A DNA stretch of 64,000 nucleotides from contig NC_043003.1 of the NCBI RefSeq assembly GCF_006345805.1, positions 3,782,001 to 3,846,000 of the forward strand, read 5' to 3'. Below, piece by piece: positions 49,726 to 62,166 of the stretch. Source of the stretch: Octopus sinensis (Eukaryota). The translations under genes and the position numbers were made by a program. The notes under the pieces are model-generated. The model worked only from the letters and a program-made list of their open reading frames with translations. It ran no database searches and was not told the DNA's origin. The first letter of the stretch is position 1; each line of letters starts with the position of its first letter.

Positions 49726-50405
49726 AACCAAGTTAAAGGTAAGCGATGTGTGTTTTCGTGTGTTTGTGTGTGTGTGTGTGTGTGTCTGTGTGCGCGCGTT
49801 GTGTACCACGGAATCACAGTTCCCTCCCACCCAGTAGATGTTGACTGGGGCATACAAATAACAGGGGGTAAGTTTTCTGTTATCTTTCGATGTCTCCATA
49901 ATCATAATGAAACCTTAATGCACGTGGGAAACTTACAGCATTTTAGATGACAGACAATACACAGTAGGAGCACACTGAAAAAAGACGAGTGTTTCGTTGA
50001 TTTGAACTGAGCGACACCTTCGTTTTAAGCGGCGCCGTTCTTTGGGTCAGCGTGACCTAATTTCCAGAATTTCTCTAACGTCTGGCATTTGGGGTGATAT
50101 TCTTTTCTACTCTAGGCACAAGGCCCGAAATATTTGGGGAAGGGGCCAGTCGATTAGATCGACCCCAGAACTCAACTGGTACTTGATTTATCGACCCCGA
50201 AAGGATGAAAGGCAAAGTCGACCTCAGCGGAGTTTCATTTGAGGTGATATTGACGGTGCATTATCGTAGCTATGAGTTATTTTGATTCTTATTTCTAGCA
50301 ATACTGATGCTGTGTAGCGCCCTCAGTCGCTTTGGTGACGTATATATGTTTGCTTTCGGTTGAAAATTTACTAACAAGCCACCCTTATATATATATATAT
50401 ATATA

Positions 50406-50633
50406 CAGCGATCCGACGCCATATCGCGACTCACCTATCGTGGTTTAGCATTTAAGCGTGCGTCGATTTCAACGTGTTATTGTCTTGCATGTATAACAAA
50501 ATAAATATGTACACATTTTAAACATAATCAAAAACATATACAGTACAATGCTGTTTCTGCTTCGCGGATTTTCACCTCTCACAGAGGTGGGGGGGGGTGG
50601 AGCGTAACACTCTCGATAGTCGTGGGATTACTG
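50406..50633. mobile_element. pogo/Tigger-like MITE, degenerate
   Basis: TA|CAG(C)GATCC..ATATCGCG at the left end and ..CGATAGTCGTGGGATTACTG at the right end. Confidence 0.6.
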
Positions 50634-50693
50634 CAGATATTTTTGCATTTCGGTTGAAAAATTGCAAACAAGCCACTTTTATTATAGATATAC

Positions 50694-50729
<36 letters not shown>

Positions 50730-50812
50730 GAAATTTACAGAAAAACAAAAGACGAAAACGGGTGTATAAACAAGAAGATGTATTCGGTTGACGCTCGGGA
50801 AACTGAGAAAGT

Positions 50813-50848
50813 CTTTTACGTTTCCAGCCTACGCTCTTCAACAGAAAG
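50813..50848 (-). ncRNA. Hammerhead motif, A6U variant, base of stem II mutated
   Basis: Minus strand CTTT CTGTTGA A GAGC gtag GCTG GAAA CG TA AAAG. Confidence 0.55.
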
Positions 50849-50936
50849 GAACACAGAAATAAGCAGAGAGAGGCTAAAAAAAGTTTTTGTAGTTAGCGGT
50901 CAATATATATATATAAGCATGTACATATACATACAA

Positions 50937-50987
<51 letters not shown>

Positions 50988-51203
50988 TGTACATACACAT
51001 ACTTATGTACACATACATATACATATGGATAGATACACATATAGATACATAAACTCAGACACATGCGGGTTTTAGTCAGAATAACTTAAAACTGGGGATA
51101 ACATTTATTTAGGCCGTTCAACCGCCACATGTTGCGAGAGTAATTCTTTCTATATAAACATCGTCTCCCTATAAACACAGTCTCCATTACATGCGATGCA
51201 TTT

Positions 51204-51423
51204 CCGCCATCTTTGACGTCAACTTTCAAATTCCGTTGCTTACTTTCACAAAACTTCTCTTATAATGCTCTCGTGTATGCGTGCGGCTTCCTTTAGGACT
51301 TCTTTTCTAAAATCTTTTCATTTGGAGAATCCAAGCTGGTCACTAACCAAATGGTAAACTCTTTTGGTTCAGTTAAGATCTCCATTGGGAGTTTCTGATT
51401 GTCTGAATCGGTGGCGCATGCGC
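51204..51423 (-). promoter_or_regulatory. Promoter-like motif cluster (YY1, CRE, CCAAT, NRF1 consensus)
   Basis: CCGCCATCTT 51204-51213, TGACGTCA 51214-51221, ATTGG about 51384, GCGCATGCGC 51414-51423. Confidence 0.3.
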
Positions 51424-51576
51424 GTGTCTGTGCTCATAAAAAAAAAGAACTTGTATTTATAGTTTATATGGTGGATATGCGTTTTAGTTCAGGATATGTT
51501 ATTGATAACACCTCGAAGAAGGTTTTGGCCAGAAGGTATCCAACGATCATTAGGTGTTTCGACACTGAACTGTAAT

Positions 51577-51784
51577 TATTTCTTTATTACCCACAAAGGG
51601 CTAAACACAGAGGGGACAAACAAGGACAGATATCGACCCCAGTGCGTAACTGGTACTTAATTTATCGACCCCGAAAAGATGAAAGGCAAAGTCGACCTCG
51701 GCGGAATTTGAACTCAGAACGTAACGGCAGACGAAATACGGCTACGCATTTCGCCCAGCGTGCTAACGTTTCTGCCAGCTCGCC
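51577..51784 (-). mobile_element. SINE family A, full length
   Basis: 16-bp TSD GACACTGAACTGTAAT at 51561-51576 and 51785-51800. Confidence 0.95.
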
Positions 51785-52129
51785 GACACTGAACTGTAAT
51801 ACCTTCTCATCGGTGGGTCAGCAGAGGTCAGCTAATCACTGCTCCTGGCTTCCTCTCTTTGGCTCCATAAGCAACAAGCGGCTATTTTTTCTATCCTACT
51901 CATCCTGTTCTCAGCCATTCTTCTCCTTCCAATGGCTGTTGGCATCCTCTGTATCGATGTGCATATGCGTTTAGGCTTACTATACAAGTGTATGTTCTTC
52001 AGAATTATCAACACTTTACTGAAACAGGTGTTTGCGCTTCGTTCTTATGTGTGTTCATGCATATCATATATATGGTTGTATGCATGTATCCATCTCAGAA
52101 AATCCATTGTGGGGTTCCCATAGTTTTCA

Positions 52130-52400
52130 AATATTTAGCCTGGGAAACCCACAGGGGAAATCTCGGGTACGTTTTGCAAATTAGAATTGGATTGCTGATT
52201 GAATGTATTTGGGGAACAAGAATTAGTTTGGTCTGTTCTTTCTTGGAGAATCCCAGTTTTTCAAGGTTTTTATGTCGATCCATTGTTATGTGGTCCAGTG
52301 CACCTATGATAATGGCTACGAACGGGAATATCAAGTCTGCTTTCAGGAGCAGCAAGTTTCTTATTAGCTCCGATGAAGCTATAGGATGCTGTTCAGGCAC
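52130..52400 (-). pseudogene. Dong/R4 RLE C-terminal fragment related to 11617-11880
   Basis: ELIRNLLLL..AIIIGALD..HKNLEKLG..ICKT. Confidence 0.8.
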
Positions 52401-52514
52401 CCAACTACCAGTCCACAGCATCCTATATCACAAACAGCTGGAAGCTAATGAAGGTCATAAAAAACAGGTGTGTGTGTGTGTATTTATATATATATATATA
52501 CACATACATACATA

Positions 52515-52568
<54 letters not shown>

Positions 52569-52584
52569 ATCTATCTATCTATAT

Positions 52585-52638
<54 letters not shown>

Positions 52639-52642
<4 letters not shown>

Positions 52643-53228
52643 TGCCATATCTCCACTATTGCACGATGTCTTCAACTTTAAACTCCCCTTTCATCATCCG
52701 CCATTGCTTCTTTCTCAAGGAATTTTGGCGCTTCTTTACCAAGTTATTTTGGCGCCTCTTCCTCTCACCCTCTTTAATTCTTTCTTTCTCTCCCTCTCTC
52801 TTGGTCATTTCTCGGCCCTCCTCAATCCCCCCTCTCTCTTTCTCTCTCACCTTCTTGCAAACCTACTACTGCTAAGCCATTCCACTGCCGTCTTCTCTAC
52901 CGAAAAGGTAACCGTTTCCTACGCTGCTGATCAATTGTTTTGTCTCATTTTGTCTCAAAGTCGTATGACGCCCCCGTATCATTCCTGTTTTTATTCGTTA
53001 CTGTAAATTTTATCTCCGTCTCTTGTTTTCCTGTTCGTCTCTGTTGTCAAATTTTTTCCTTCTACCAAGCAGATCTAATGCCCATAGCTTAGCTTTTCCT
53101 TGGGGCTGGCCCTTTCGGAGCAAATCTCGGAATTAAACAGCCGAAATTTGCCACGATGAATCGGTTTCTGACTGAAGAATGAAGTGTTTGTCAATTCGTG
53201 AATTTCACGTTCTTTATATATAAGTTTT

Positions 53229-53276
<48 letters not shown>

Positions 53277-53859
53277 TGCCATATCTCCACTATTGCACGA
53301 TGTCTTCAACTTTAAACTCCCCTTTCATCATCCGCCATTGCTTCTTTCTCAAGGAATTTTGGCGCTTCTTTACCAAGTTATTTTGGCGCCTCTCCTCTCA
53401 CCCTCTTTAATTCTTTCTTTCTCTCCCTCTCTCTTGGTCATTTCTCGGCCCTCCTCAATCCCCCCTCTCTCTTTCTCTCTCACCTTCTTGCAAACCTACT
53501 ACTGCTAAGCCATTCCACTGCCGTCTTCTCTACCGAAAAGGTAACCGTTCCTACGCTGCTGATCAATTGTTTTGTCTCATTTTGTCTCAAAGTCGTATGA
53601 CGCCCCCGTATCATTCCTGTTTTTATTCGTTACTGTAAATTTTATCTCCGTCTCTTGTTTTCCTGTTCGTCTCTGTTGTCAAATTTTTTCCTTCTACCAA
53701 GCAGATCTAATGCCCATAGCTTAGCTTTTCCTTGGGGCTGGCCTTTCGGAGCAAATCTCGGAATTAAACAGCCGAAATTTGCCACGATGAATCGGTTTCT
53801 GACTGAAGAATGAAGTGTTTGTCAATTCGTGAATTTCACGTTCTTTATATATAAGTTTT

Positions 53860-53865
<6 letters not shown>
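52639..53865. repeat. Tandem duplication of a roughly 595-bp segment (634-bp period), each copy bounded by (TA)n
   Basis: tgtttgccatatctcc at 52639 and 53273; copies differ mainly by 1-bp indels. Confidence 0.95.
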
Positions 53866-53903
<38 letters not shown>

Positions 53904-54250
53904 CACACATATATATATAACACGAAACTCTCGAACCTTGAGTTACTCTGTTATTTCTTCTAAATATTAATAAAAGCATACATATACTCATATTTTGAGT
54001 TCTATTTTTTCCTGGCTGTGTGCTATGTACCTTGCTTACCAACCACATGGTTCCGGGTTCAGTCCCACTGCGTGGCACCTTGGGTACGTGTCTTCCACTT
54101 TAGCCTAGGGCCGACCAATGCCTTGTGAGTGGATTTGGTAGACGGAAACTGAAAGAAGTCCGTCGTATATATGTATGCGTGTGTATACGTTTGTGCGTCT
54201 GTGTTTGTCCCCACCCCCAACATCGCTTGACAATCGATGCTGGTGTGTTT

Positions 54251-54833
54251 ACAGAGATACGTCGCATGTTCAATTCAGACGTTAGGATTGCCTGCACCGA
54301 CCCATACTACAGACGAATAACATCACCAATTAGAAAATTACTATTTTCTAATCTCACAACGTGAGATATTCAGCAACAGTACTTTGGAGATTGTTTGCCA
54401 ATATAACATGGCAGTCCTGGTTTAGGATGAATATTGCTGTAATTTAGCCCCAGGAGACATCGTCTCCAGCTGGCTATACGACATTATCTGTGTCCTTATA
54501 TTTTCGAACAAGAGAAGATATCGTTTTGAGCTGAGTCGGGGTGCCAGATTTCCTTGTTGGAAAATATAAGGACACAGATCGTGTCGTATAGCCAGCTGGA
54601 GACGATGTCTCCTGGGGCTAAATTACTGCAGCATTCATCCTAAACCAGGACTGCCATGTTATGATGGCAAATAATCTTTACTCCAAAGTACTGCTGCTGA
54701 ATATCTGCTGCTGAATATCTCACGTTGTGAGATTAAAAAATAGTAATCTTCTAATTGGTGATGTTGATCGTCTGTAGTATGGGTCGGTGCAGGCAATCCT
54801 AGCGTCTGAATTGAACATGCGACGTATCTCTGT
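54251..54833. repeat. Fold-back inversion with arms 54251-54512 and 54553-54833 and a 40-nt spacer
   Basis: Arms reverse complementary at high identity; the right arm has a 14-bp internal duplication. Confidence 0.93.
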
Positions 54834-55583
54834 GAAGTTTGTTCTCCGTCTGCTGATCACTGAGCAGAAAGAACGTCGCATCGAAGTCTGTCAATATCTT
54901 CTTCGTGTCGCGGATCACCAGCGGTGACGAGAGTTGGGTCTACGGGTACGACCCCAAGACGGAGCAGTAATTGTCACAATGGAAGAGCGCTTCATCTCCA
55001 CGACCGAAGAAGGCAGGACAGAACCGCAGCTCAATCAAGAGCATGCTCATCGTTTTTTTTTTTTTTTTTCGACATCCGCGGTATTGTGTCCTCCAGGGCC
55101 ACACCGTCAATCGAGAGTTCTACTGCAACGTTTAGAAGCGTTTGGGTGGGGTGGGAGACATTCGGCGAAAGCGACCGGCGGATCTGTGGAGTGCGAAGAA
55201 TTTGATTCTTCACGACGTCAATGCGTCCTGTCACTGAGCTCTCTTCACTGGTGAACTTCTCGCCAAAAGCAACAGGGTAACGCTTCCGCACCCAACCTAT
55301 ACGCCAGGTTTAGCACTTGCGGGTTTCCATATCTTCCCCATGATGGAAATGCAACGCAAAGGTCGCCGTTTTAACACAGCTGTCGAGATCAAGAGCGAAT
55401 TGCCGAAGGTCCTCGACTCACAGAAAATGAATTCCAGGCCGGGTTCCAAAAGTAGCAGGAACGTTGGGACCGGTGTATTGCTATGCAAGGTGACTATTTT
55501 GAAGGGGATTATGTTAAAACCTAAATAAATAAGTTACTTTTTAGTAAACATAACTGGTCCGGGACGTTTTTGATACCACTTCG
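54770..55583 (+). mobile_element. mariner (DD34D) transposon relic, 5'-truncated
   Basis: YGSVQAIL..LNMRRIS.KFV, GDESWVYGYDP, KSMLIVFF.DIRGIV, HP.Y.P.LA; right TIR ..TTTTTGATACCACTTCG|TA. Confidence 0.92.
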
Positions 55584-55852
55584 TATTTAATAACATGATT
55601 TTAATGGAAAGCAGAAGAGAATTAAACGACAACATTTTGTAGGAAATTGTATACAGCTGTTTCTAGAGTCAATTTATTTGATTATTGACATAAACATAAA
55701 AATTATAAACACCAAGCTTTTAAGGTGGAAAAGTGACAAATATGTAACAAAGAATATAATGCTATAAAATGTTTTTTTCTGAAGACTTGCGCCTTCTCTA
55801 CGTGGATCGTGGATCATCTCAACAATCAAGAACTTCAGGAAAAAAATACAAA

Positions 55853-56255
55853 TAGGCGCAGGAGTGGCTGTGTGGTAAGTAGCTTGCTAACCAACCACAT
55901 GGTTCCGGGTTTATTCCCACTGCGTGGCATCTTGGGCAAGTGTCTTCTGCTATAGCCCCGGGCCGACCAAAGCCTTGTGAGTGGATTTGGTAGACGGAAA
56001 CTGAAAGAAGCCTGTCATATATATGTATATATGTATATGCGTGTGTGCGTTTGTGTGTCTGTGTTTGTCCCCCTAGCATTGCTTGACAACCGATGCTGGT
56101 GTGTTTACGCCCCCGTTACTTAACGGTTCGGCAAAAGAGACCGATAGAATAAGTACTGGGCTTACAAAAGAATAAGTCCCGGGGTCGATTTGCTCGACTA
56201 AAGGCGGTGCTCCAGCATGGCCGCAGTCAAATGACTGAAACAAGTAAAAGAGTAA
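55853..56255 (+). mobile_element. SINE family B, full length
   Basis: Near consensus. Confidence 0.92.
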
Positions 56256-56421
56256 AAAGAGTAAAGAGAATTTCTAAGCAAATTATGCTTTTCAAGAAAC
56301 AGCTTGTATTTCTTTCGAAGACCAAACGTGTTTGGAGAGGTTCGTGTTATGTTTATTTAATGTATGCATCTGCTATAAAACGCACTTTAAACGCTTGGTC
56401 AGGCCGATATTATTCCTGTAG

Positions 56422-56641
56422 AGGTGGCGAGCTGGCAGAAACGTTAGTGCGCCGGGCGAAATGTTTAGCGGTATTTCGTCTGTCGTTATGTTCTGAGTTC
56501 AAATTCCGCCGAGGTCGACTTTGCCTTTCATCCTTTCGGGGTCGATAAATAAAGTACCAGTTTTGCAACTGGGGTCACTGTGATTCCTTTGTCCTTGTTT
56601 GTCCCCTCTATGTTTAGCCCCTTGTGGGCAGTAAAGAAATG
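56422..56641 (+). mobile_element. SINE family A, full length
   Basis: 16-bp TSD GATATTATTCCTGTAG at 56406-56421 and 56642-56657. Confidence 0.95.
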
Positions 56642-57095
56642 GATATTATTCCTGTAGGTGTTGTTATTAAGGTTATACTTTTGAACAGCAGATTCGGGTT
56701 TTCCGAAGCTAATTACCGTTAAAAAGGAAGTTCCTTGGAATAAAACAGTTGCAGACGAAAGATATCAAATCATTATTGTTTGTGAAATTAAAATGGTCGA
56801 TAAAACTAGGAAGTTCTTCACAAGAACAGCTTACCTTAGTTATTAAAACTCTTGTCGTCTCTCAGGTTCATCGGAAAACTGAAAGAGATGAAGCTTAAGA
56901 AGTCAGCAAGTAAATTTTGGTTTTGCTATACTTAGTACAAAACAAAAAAGTGCAACCTCTCTCCCATTAGGGGACAGCTCAAAATAGAATGACGTAGGCG
57001 TATTGGTCACATTCAACATTGTAAATTCGTGTAGATGTCTTGCAAACAACTTGCATATGCAAGTGCTACCAGTTAAAAGCTCCGTATACCGGAAG

Positions 57096-57207
57096 CTAGC
57101 AAGTGTATGGGGTCATCAGGAGAGAATGCGCGCCGTTTCGGGGCCTACCTCTCGACGGCATCAATGCGCACCGGCCTTCCTCACTGATATGAGGCCCCGC
57201 TTGCTAG
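57096..57207. other. GC-rich nested stem-loop of unknown nature
   Basis: CTAGCAAG/CTTGCTAG, GGGG/CCCC, TCA/TGA, TCAG/CTGA, GCGC/GCGC and GCCG/CGGC nested. Confidence 0.5.
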
Positions 57208-58998
57208 ATCAGCTGGTTATGAAGAACTCAATATACTTCTATCTTTCTATCACTAATTTCTTTCTTATTTCGTAATTAATGTGTCTTACAGTTCTATATT
57301 TAAGAGATGAGGAATTATGTACATTATCTACATTTGAGGGCAAACCTCCGTCAAATGTAGATAATTTAAATAATGTAGTAAAGCGTCTGTTTTCTTTTCT
57401 TCTGGGGGCGTGAGGGGTGGGGGATGTAGAACTACACGTCTCATATCTTTCTTCCTTCACTGCAGTTTGAAGTGAATTTGGTTTGTGCTTCTAGCAGATC
57501 GAATGACTATTGGAAAAGATATCTTGCAATTCCTCTCCCAGGTTTAGCACCGCCACCTGGTGACTGAAAGTAAAGTTAACTCTGTTGCCTCAGCTTTCTT
57601 CCCTTCTTCTCGTCAATCACGAACCCCGTGGCTAGGATCATAGGCGCTGCTTCTTATCCTCTCAATAAAATCACTCACATTTTCCCAATATTTATGTTCG
57701 CGCAAGGCAGCGAATCGGTGGAATCGTTCGCGCGTCGAGTAAAATGTTTAACGACGTTTCTTCCTGCTTTTTATGTTCTGAGTTCAAATTCCGCCGAGAT
57801 CGAGTTTGTCTTTCAACCGTTCGGGGTCGATAAAATAAGTACCGGCTGCCTACCCTTAAACTTCTAAACATTGCGTCTATCGTAGACAGAAATAAATGTG
57901 TACGTTCGGATGTGTTTTTTGTGTATTTATGATTAAAAATAACCCGACAACGTTCTGTTAATGAGGTCAATCCTCGACGCATGATGTATAAATAAAAAAA
58001 AACACACAACTCCAGCGATAACCAGCGAAAGAGAACTGATATAATATCAACGACATTTGTAAATAAACCTTTGGAAATAGTTTTTGTCAATGACCGATGT
58101 TGCATTTCCAGATGAGAGCCTTGACAAAAATAATAACCTGTCGAATATTCTAACGAGATATATCAATGATGACTTCTTAAAGTAGCAGTCACATAATGGA
58201 TACATGAAACACCAGCCAGTCAGCCAACCAGCCTGTATTTCACGGTTGAACTAACTTTTGATATCAACAGTAACAAACAAGTGCATGAAAACCGACCAGG
58301 GTGCAACAGTACCGAAAAAAGTAATGGATGAATGGCTCTAAGAAACGTTAAATATAGAATCTTGTTGCGTCTAGGGAGAGTCACAGAGATTTGTTTCAAC
58401 ACACGAATTCACATTAAGAACCTTGTCAAAACAAATTGTTGTGAAAATACAGTTTAGGTCTTAAGGATCAATTAATCTACATTTTGTGGTTTTTAGGGGT
58501 GAAACCAAATAAGGTGGATGAGTTCATTTCTTCCTGTCGTATGAGGTTGCTCGACATGCAAAAATAACAGCGAAATTCCGCCGAGATCGAGTTTGTCTTT
58601 CAACCCTTCAGGGTCGATAAAATAAGTACCAGCTTCCTGCCCTTAAACTTCTAAACATTGTGTCTATCGTAGAAGGAAATAAATGTGTACGTTCGGATAT
58701 GTTTGCTGTTTAACCCACAGATTTTTAAAAGTAGGACCCGTTGGTTATGTTAGTCTTAGGTGGATTGTGTCAGATTGAAAAGAAAAACAAAGTGACGAAG
58801 ACTGGAATTCCTTGATCAAAGTCATCCGTTATGTTTAGCCGTGGGTTAAACAACAACTGAAACAGTGTCAATAATTTCAGACATAAAAAAAACCCCAGAA
58901 CTTTCAATACACGTCTGGTGTTGTTCGCCGATGTAGGACGGCCCTGTTGCTAGACACGTCATGCAACAAGAACCAACGTGGATACCTTTACCTTCCTC

Positions 58999-59064
<66 letters not shown>

Positions 59065-59210
59065 TCTTTCCTCAGACAACAACCTTTCGTCGTAAGAAAT
59101 GCCAAATCAAACTTGGTGTCGATGTTATTATTGTTTAGACAATGATCAGTCATGGATTTCCAACGGTGACCATCTCGTATTATACTCAAATATGATATGT
59201 CTAGGACTAC

Positions 59211-59440
59211 GGTGAGCTGGCAGAAACGTTAGCACTCCGGGCGAAATGCTTAGCGGTATTTCGTCTGCCGCTACATTCTGAGTTCAAATTCCGCCGGGGT
59301 CGACTTTGCCTTTCATCCTTTCGGGGTCGATAAATTAAGTACCAGTTACGCACTGGGGTCGATGTAATAGACTTAATCCGTTTGTCTGTCCTTGTTTGTC
59401 CCCTCTGTGTTTAGCCCCTTCTGGGTAGTAAAGAAATAGG
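59211..59440 (+). mobile_element. SINE family A, full length
   Basis: 15-bp TSD TATGTCTAGGACTAC at 59196-59210 and 59441-59455. Confidence 0.95.
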
Positions 59441-59555
59441 TATGTCTAGGACTACGCTATCCATCAAATATGCCCGTCTTTCCTAAGAGGATAGGGAAAG
59501 GGAAGCGGGGATCGGGGAATAAAAGAAAATGAGTGTGTGTATGTGTGTGTGAGGG

Positions 59556-59612
<57 letters not shown>

Positions 59613-59624
59613 TATATATATATG

Positions 59625-59872
59625 AGCAAGGCACTTTATTTCACGTTGCTCCAGTTCACTCAGCTGTAGAAATGAGTTGCGACGTCACTGGTGCCAAGCT
59701 GTATCGACCTTTGTCTTTCTCTTGGATAACACTGGTGGCGTGGAGAGGGGAGACTGGTATGCATGGGCGACTGCTGGTCTTCCATAAACAACCATGCCCA
59801 GACTTGTGTCTAGGAGGGTAACTTTCTAGGTGCAATCCCATGGTCATTCATGACCGAAGGGGGTCTTTACCC
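59625..59872 (+). mobile_element. Headless SINE with a C-like central domain and a different tail
   Basis: gagcaaggcactttatttcacgttgctccag followed by unrelated 3' sequence. Confidence 0.65.
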
Positions 59873-60039
59873 TTTATATATATATATATATATACACACC
59901 CACCTTCCCTATCCTTCCCCATCTCACCCCACCCATCCCTTACGCCCACTTCTACATACCCCACCTCTACCCCCACTCTCGCCTCCCCCACCTCCCAACA
60001 CCCTTACACCACCATACCACACAACATGGATGGAAGCAC

Positions 60040-60412
60040 TCCGTCGGTTACGACGACGAGGGTTCCGATTGATCCGAATGAACGGAACAGCCTGCTCGTG
60101 AAATTAACGTGTAAGTGGCTGAGCACTCCACAGACACGTGTACCCTTAACGTAGTTCTCGCGGATATTCAGCGTGACACAGAGAGTGACAAGGCCGGCCC
60201 TTTGAAATACAGGTACAACAGAAACAGGAAGTAAGAGTGAGAGAAAGTTGTGGTGAAAGAGTACAGCAGGGATCACCATCATCCCTGCCGGAGCTTCGTG
60301 GAACTTTTAGGTGCTTTTGCTCAATAAACACTCACAACGCCCCGTCTGGGAATCGAAACCGCGATCCTATGACCGCGAGTCCGCTGCCCTAACCACTGGG
60401 CCATTGCGCCTC
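60040..60412 (-). mobile_element. SINE with the family C tail but a different tRNA head and middle
   Basis: Head GGCGCAATGGCCCAGTGGTTAGGG..GGTTTCGATTCCC; tail matches C from ttgtacctgtatttcaaagggcc onward. Confidence 0.85.
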
Positions 60413-60746
60413 CACACCACACAACATATCACATCACAACACACGACCACGCACACATCAGCACTAACCACTTCCCAGACCCACATTTTCACACCTACAC
60501 ATACACACACGCACACGTCATCATCACCAGCCCTCTTCCACACGCACATACAAACTCTCTTATACACACGCACGCGCACCTTCGTTTATTATCTCCCCTT
60601 CTTCTTTATTATCTCTTTATTATCTACTTTATTATCTCCCCTTCTTCCTACCTCTACTGTGTGTCCTTTCTGTCTGGCATTCGCCTTGATAGATCGCTAG
60701 CCACTACACATTCTTTATTTTCTCTCCTTGTTCCTTTCTGTGTTCC

Positions 60747-60780
60747 TTACTGTGGAGGAGCGTAGGCTCGAAATGTTAAA
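60747..60780 (+). ncRNA. Degenerate hammerhead motif of the A6U family
   Basis: CTGTGGA G GAGC gtag GCTC GAAA TG TT. Confidence 0.45.
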
Positions 60781-60869
60781 TATTTTTTCACTTCCGAGCG
60801 TTATACTAATACATCTGTTTGTTTTCTACACCACCTGTTTTCGTCTTTTTGGAGTTTTTTGTGAATTCT

Positions 60870-60914
<45 letters not shown>

Positions 60915-60924
60915 ATATATATGC

Positions 60925-61290
60925 AGAAGTGGCTGCGTGGTAAGTAGCTTGCTTCCCAACAACATGATTCTGGCTTCAGTCCCACTGCGTGGCACCCTGA
61001 GCAAGTGCCTTCTACTATAGCCCTCGGGCCGACTAAAGCCTTGTGAATGGATTTGGTAGACGGAAACTGGAAGAAGCCTGTCGTATATGTATATGCTTGT
61101 GTGTCTGTGTTTGCTCCCTCCATCCTCGCTTAACAACCGGTGTTGGTGTGTTTACGTCCTCGTAAAAAGAGATCGATAGAATAAATACTAGGATTACAAA
61201 GAATAAGTTCTGGGGTCGATTTGCTTGACTAAAGGCGGTGCTCCAGCATGGCCACAGTCGAGTGACTGAAGTAAATAAGAGAAAAAAATA
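60925..61290 (+). mobile_element. SINE family B
   Basis: Colinear with the B consensus. Confidence 0.88.
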
Positions 61291-61301
61291 AAAGATAGAA
61301 G

Positions 61302-61343
<42 letters not shown>

Positions 61344-61656
61344 AGCAGAGCTAGCGGTTAAAGTAACCGACTAAGGGATAACAGTATCCATATTTACTAC
61401 CGGTATCAGTTACCTGTGCTATCCCTGGGCATGGGTATGCAGGCACACTATACTCATAGGGTACAGGTAACAACAGAATAAACAAAAGTTTATCAGGAAT
61501 CAAATTTAAAATGAACAGAAAAAAAGGGAAAAAATGAACAGGCAAACAACTGGTGTCAGTGTAAAACATGAAATTTATTATCGAAACGTAATCGTAGAGT
61601 TGTTGCCATAGAGACGCTCGAGATGATCCGTACTCTCTCTCTCACTCTCTTTCTCT

Positions 61657-61700
<44 letters not shown>

Positions 61701-62166
61701 TATAATCAAAATACGCAACAAGGATATCCAAGGTAGAGTAGTACAATCGTTTCATGCTACTTCATTTTATTCAACACTGTAAGTATTACATCAGTTTTAA
61801 AATGTCGAGCAATCTTCAGCCACATATAGAATTTTTTAATTAAACGGACAATGCACATTCTTATACTTATTTCATTTGCCAACATTACAAAGAGGGTAGA
61901 TATATAGACAGAGAGGTTGATTTCATCAGTAAGAACATGATCTTAATGATGAAATTAACCTATATATCTACCTTCTTTGTAATGTTGGCAAATGAAATAG
62001 AGATAAGAATGTGCATTGTCCGTTTAATTGAAAAATTCTATATGTGGCTGAAGATTGCTCGACATTTTAAAACTGATGTAATACTTACAGTGTTGAATAA
62101 AATGAAGTAGCATGAAACGATTGTACTACTCTACCTTGGATATCCTTGTTGCTTATTTTGATTATA
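61701..62166. repeat. Near-perfect palindrome with arms 61701-61934 and 61941-62166 and a 6-nt loop ACATGA; the repeat continues to about 62265
   Basis: Direct arm comparison. Confidence 0.95.

Noticed and set aside
53165-53215. CTGAAGA..GAAT as a hammerhead (also about 53800 and 31940-31960)
   Set aside because: GAAA is altered and no stem I partner can be found.
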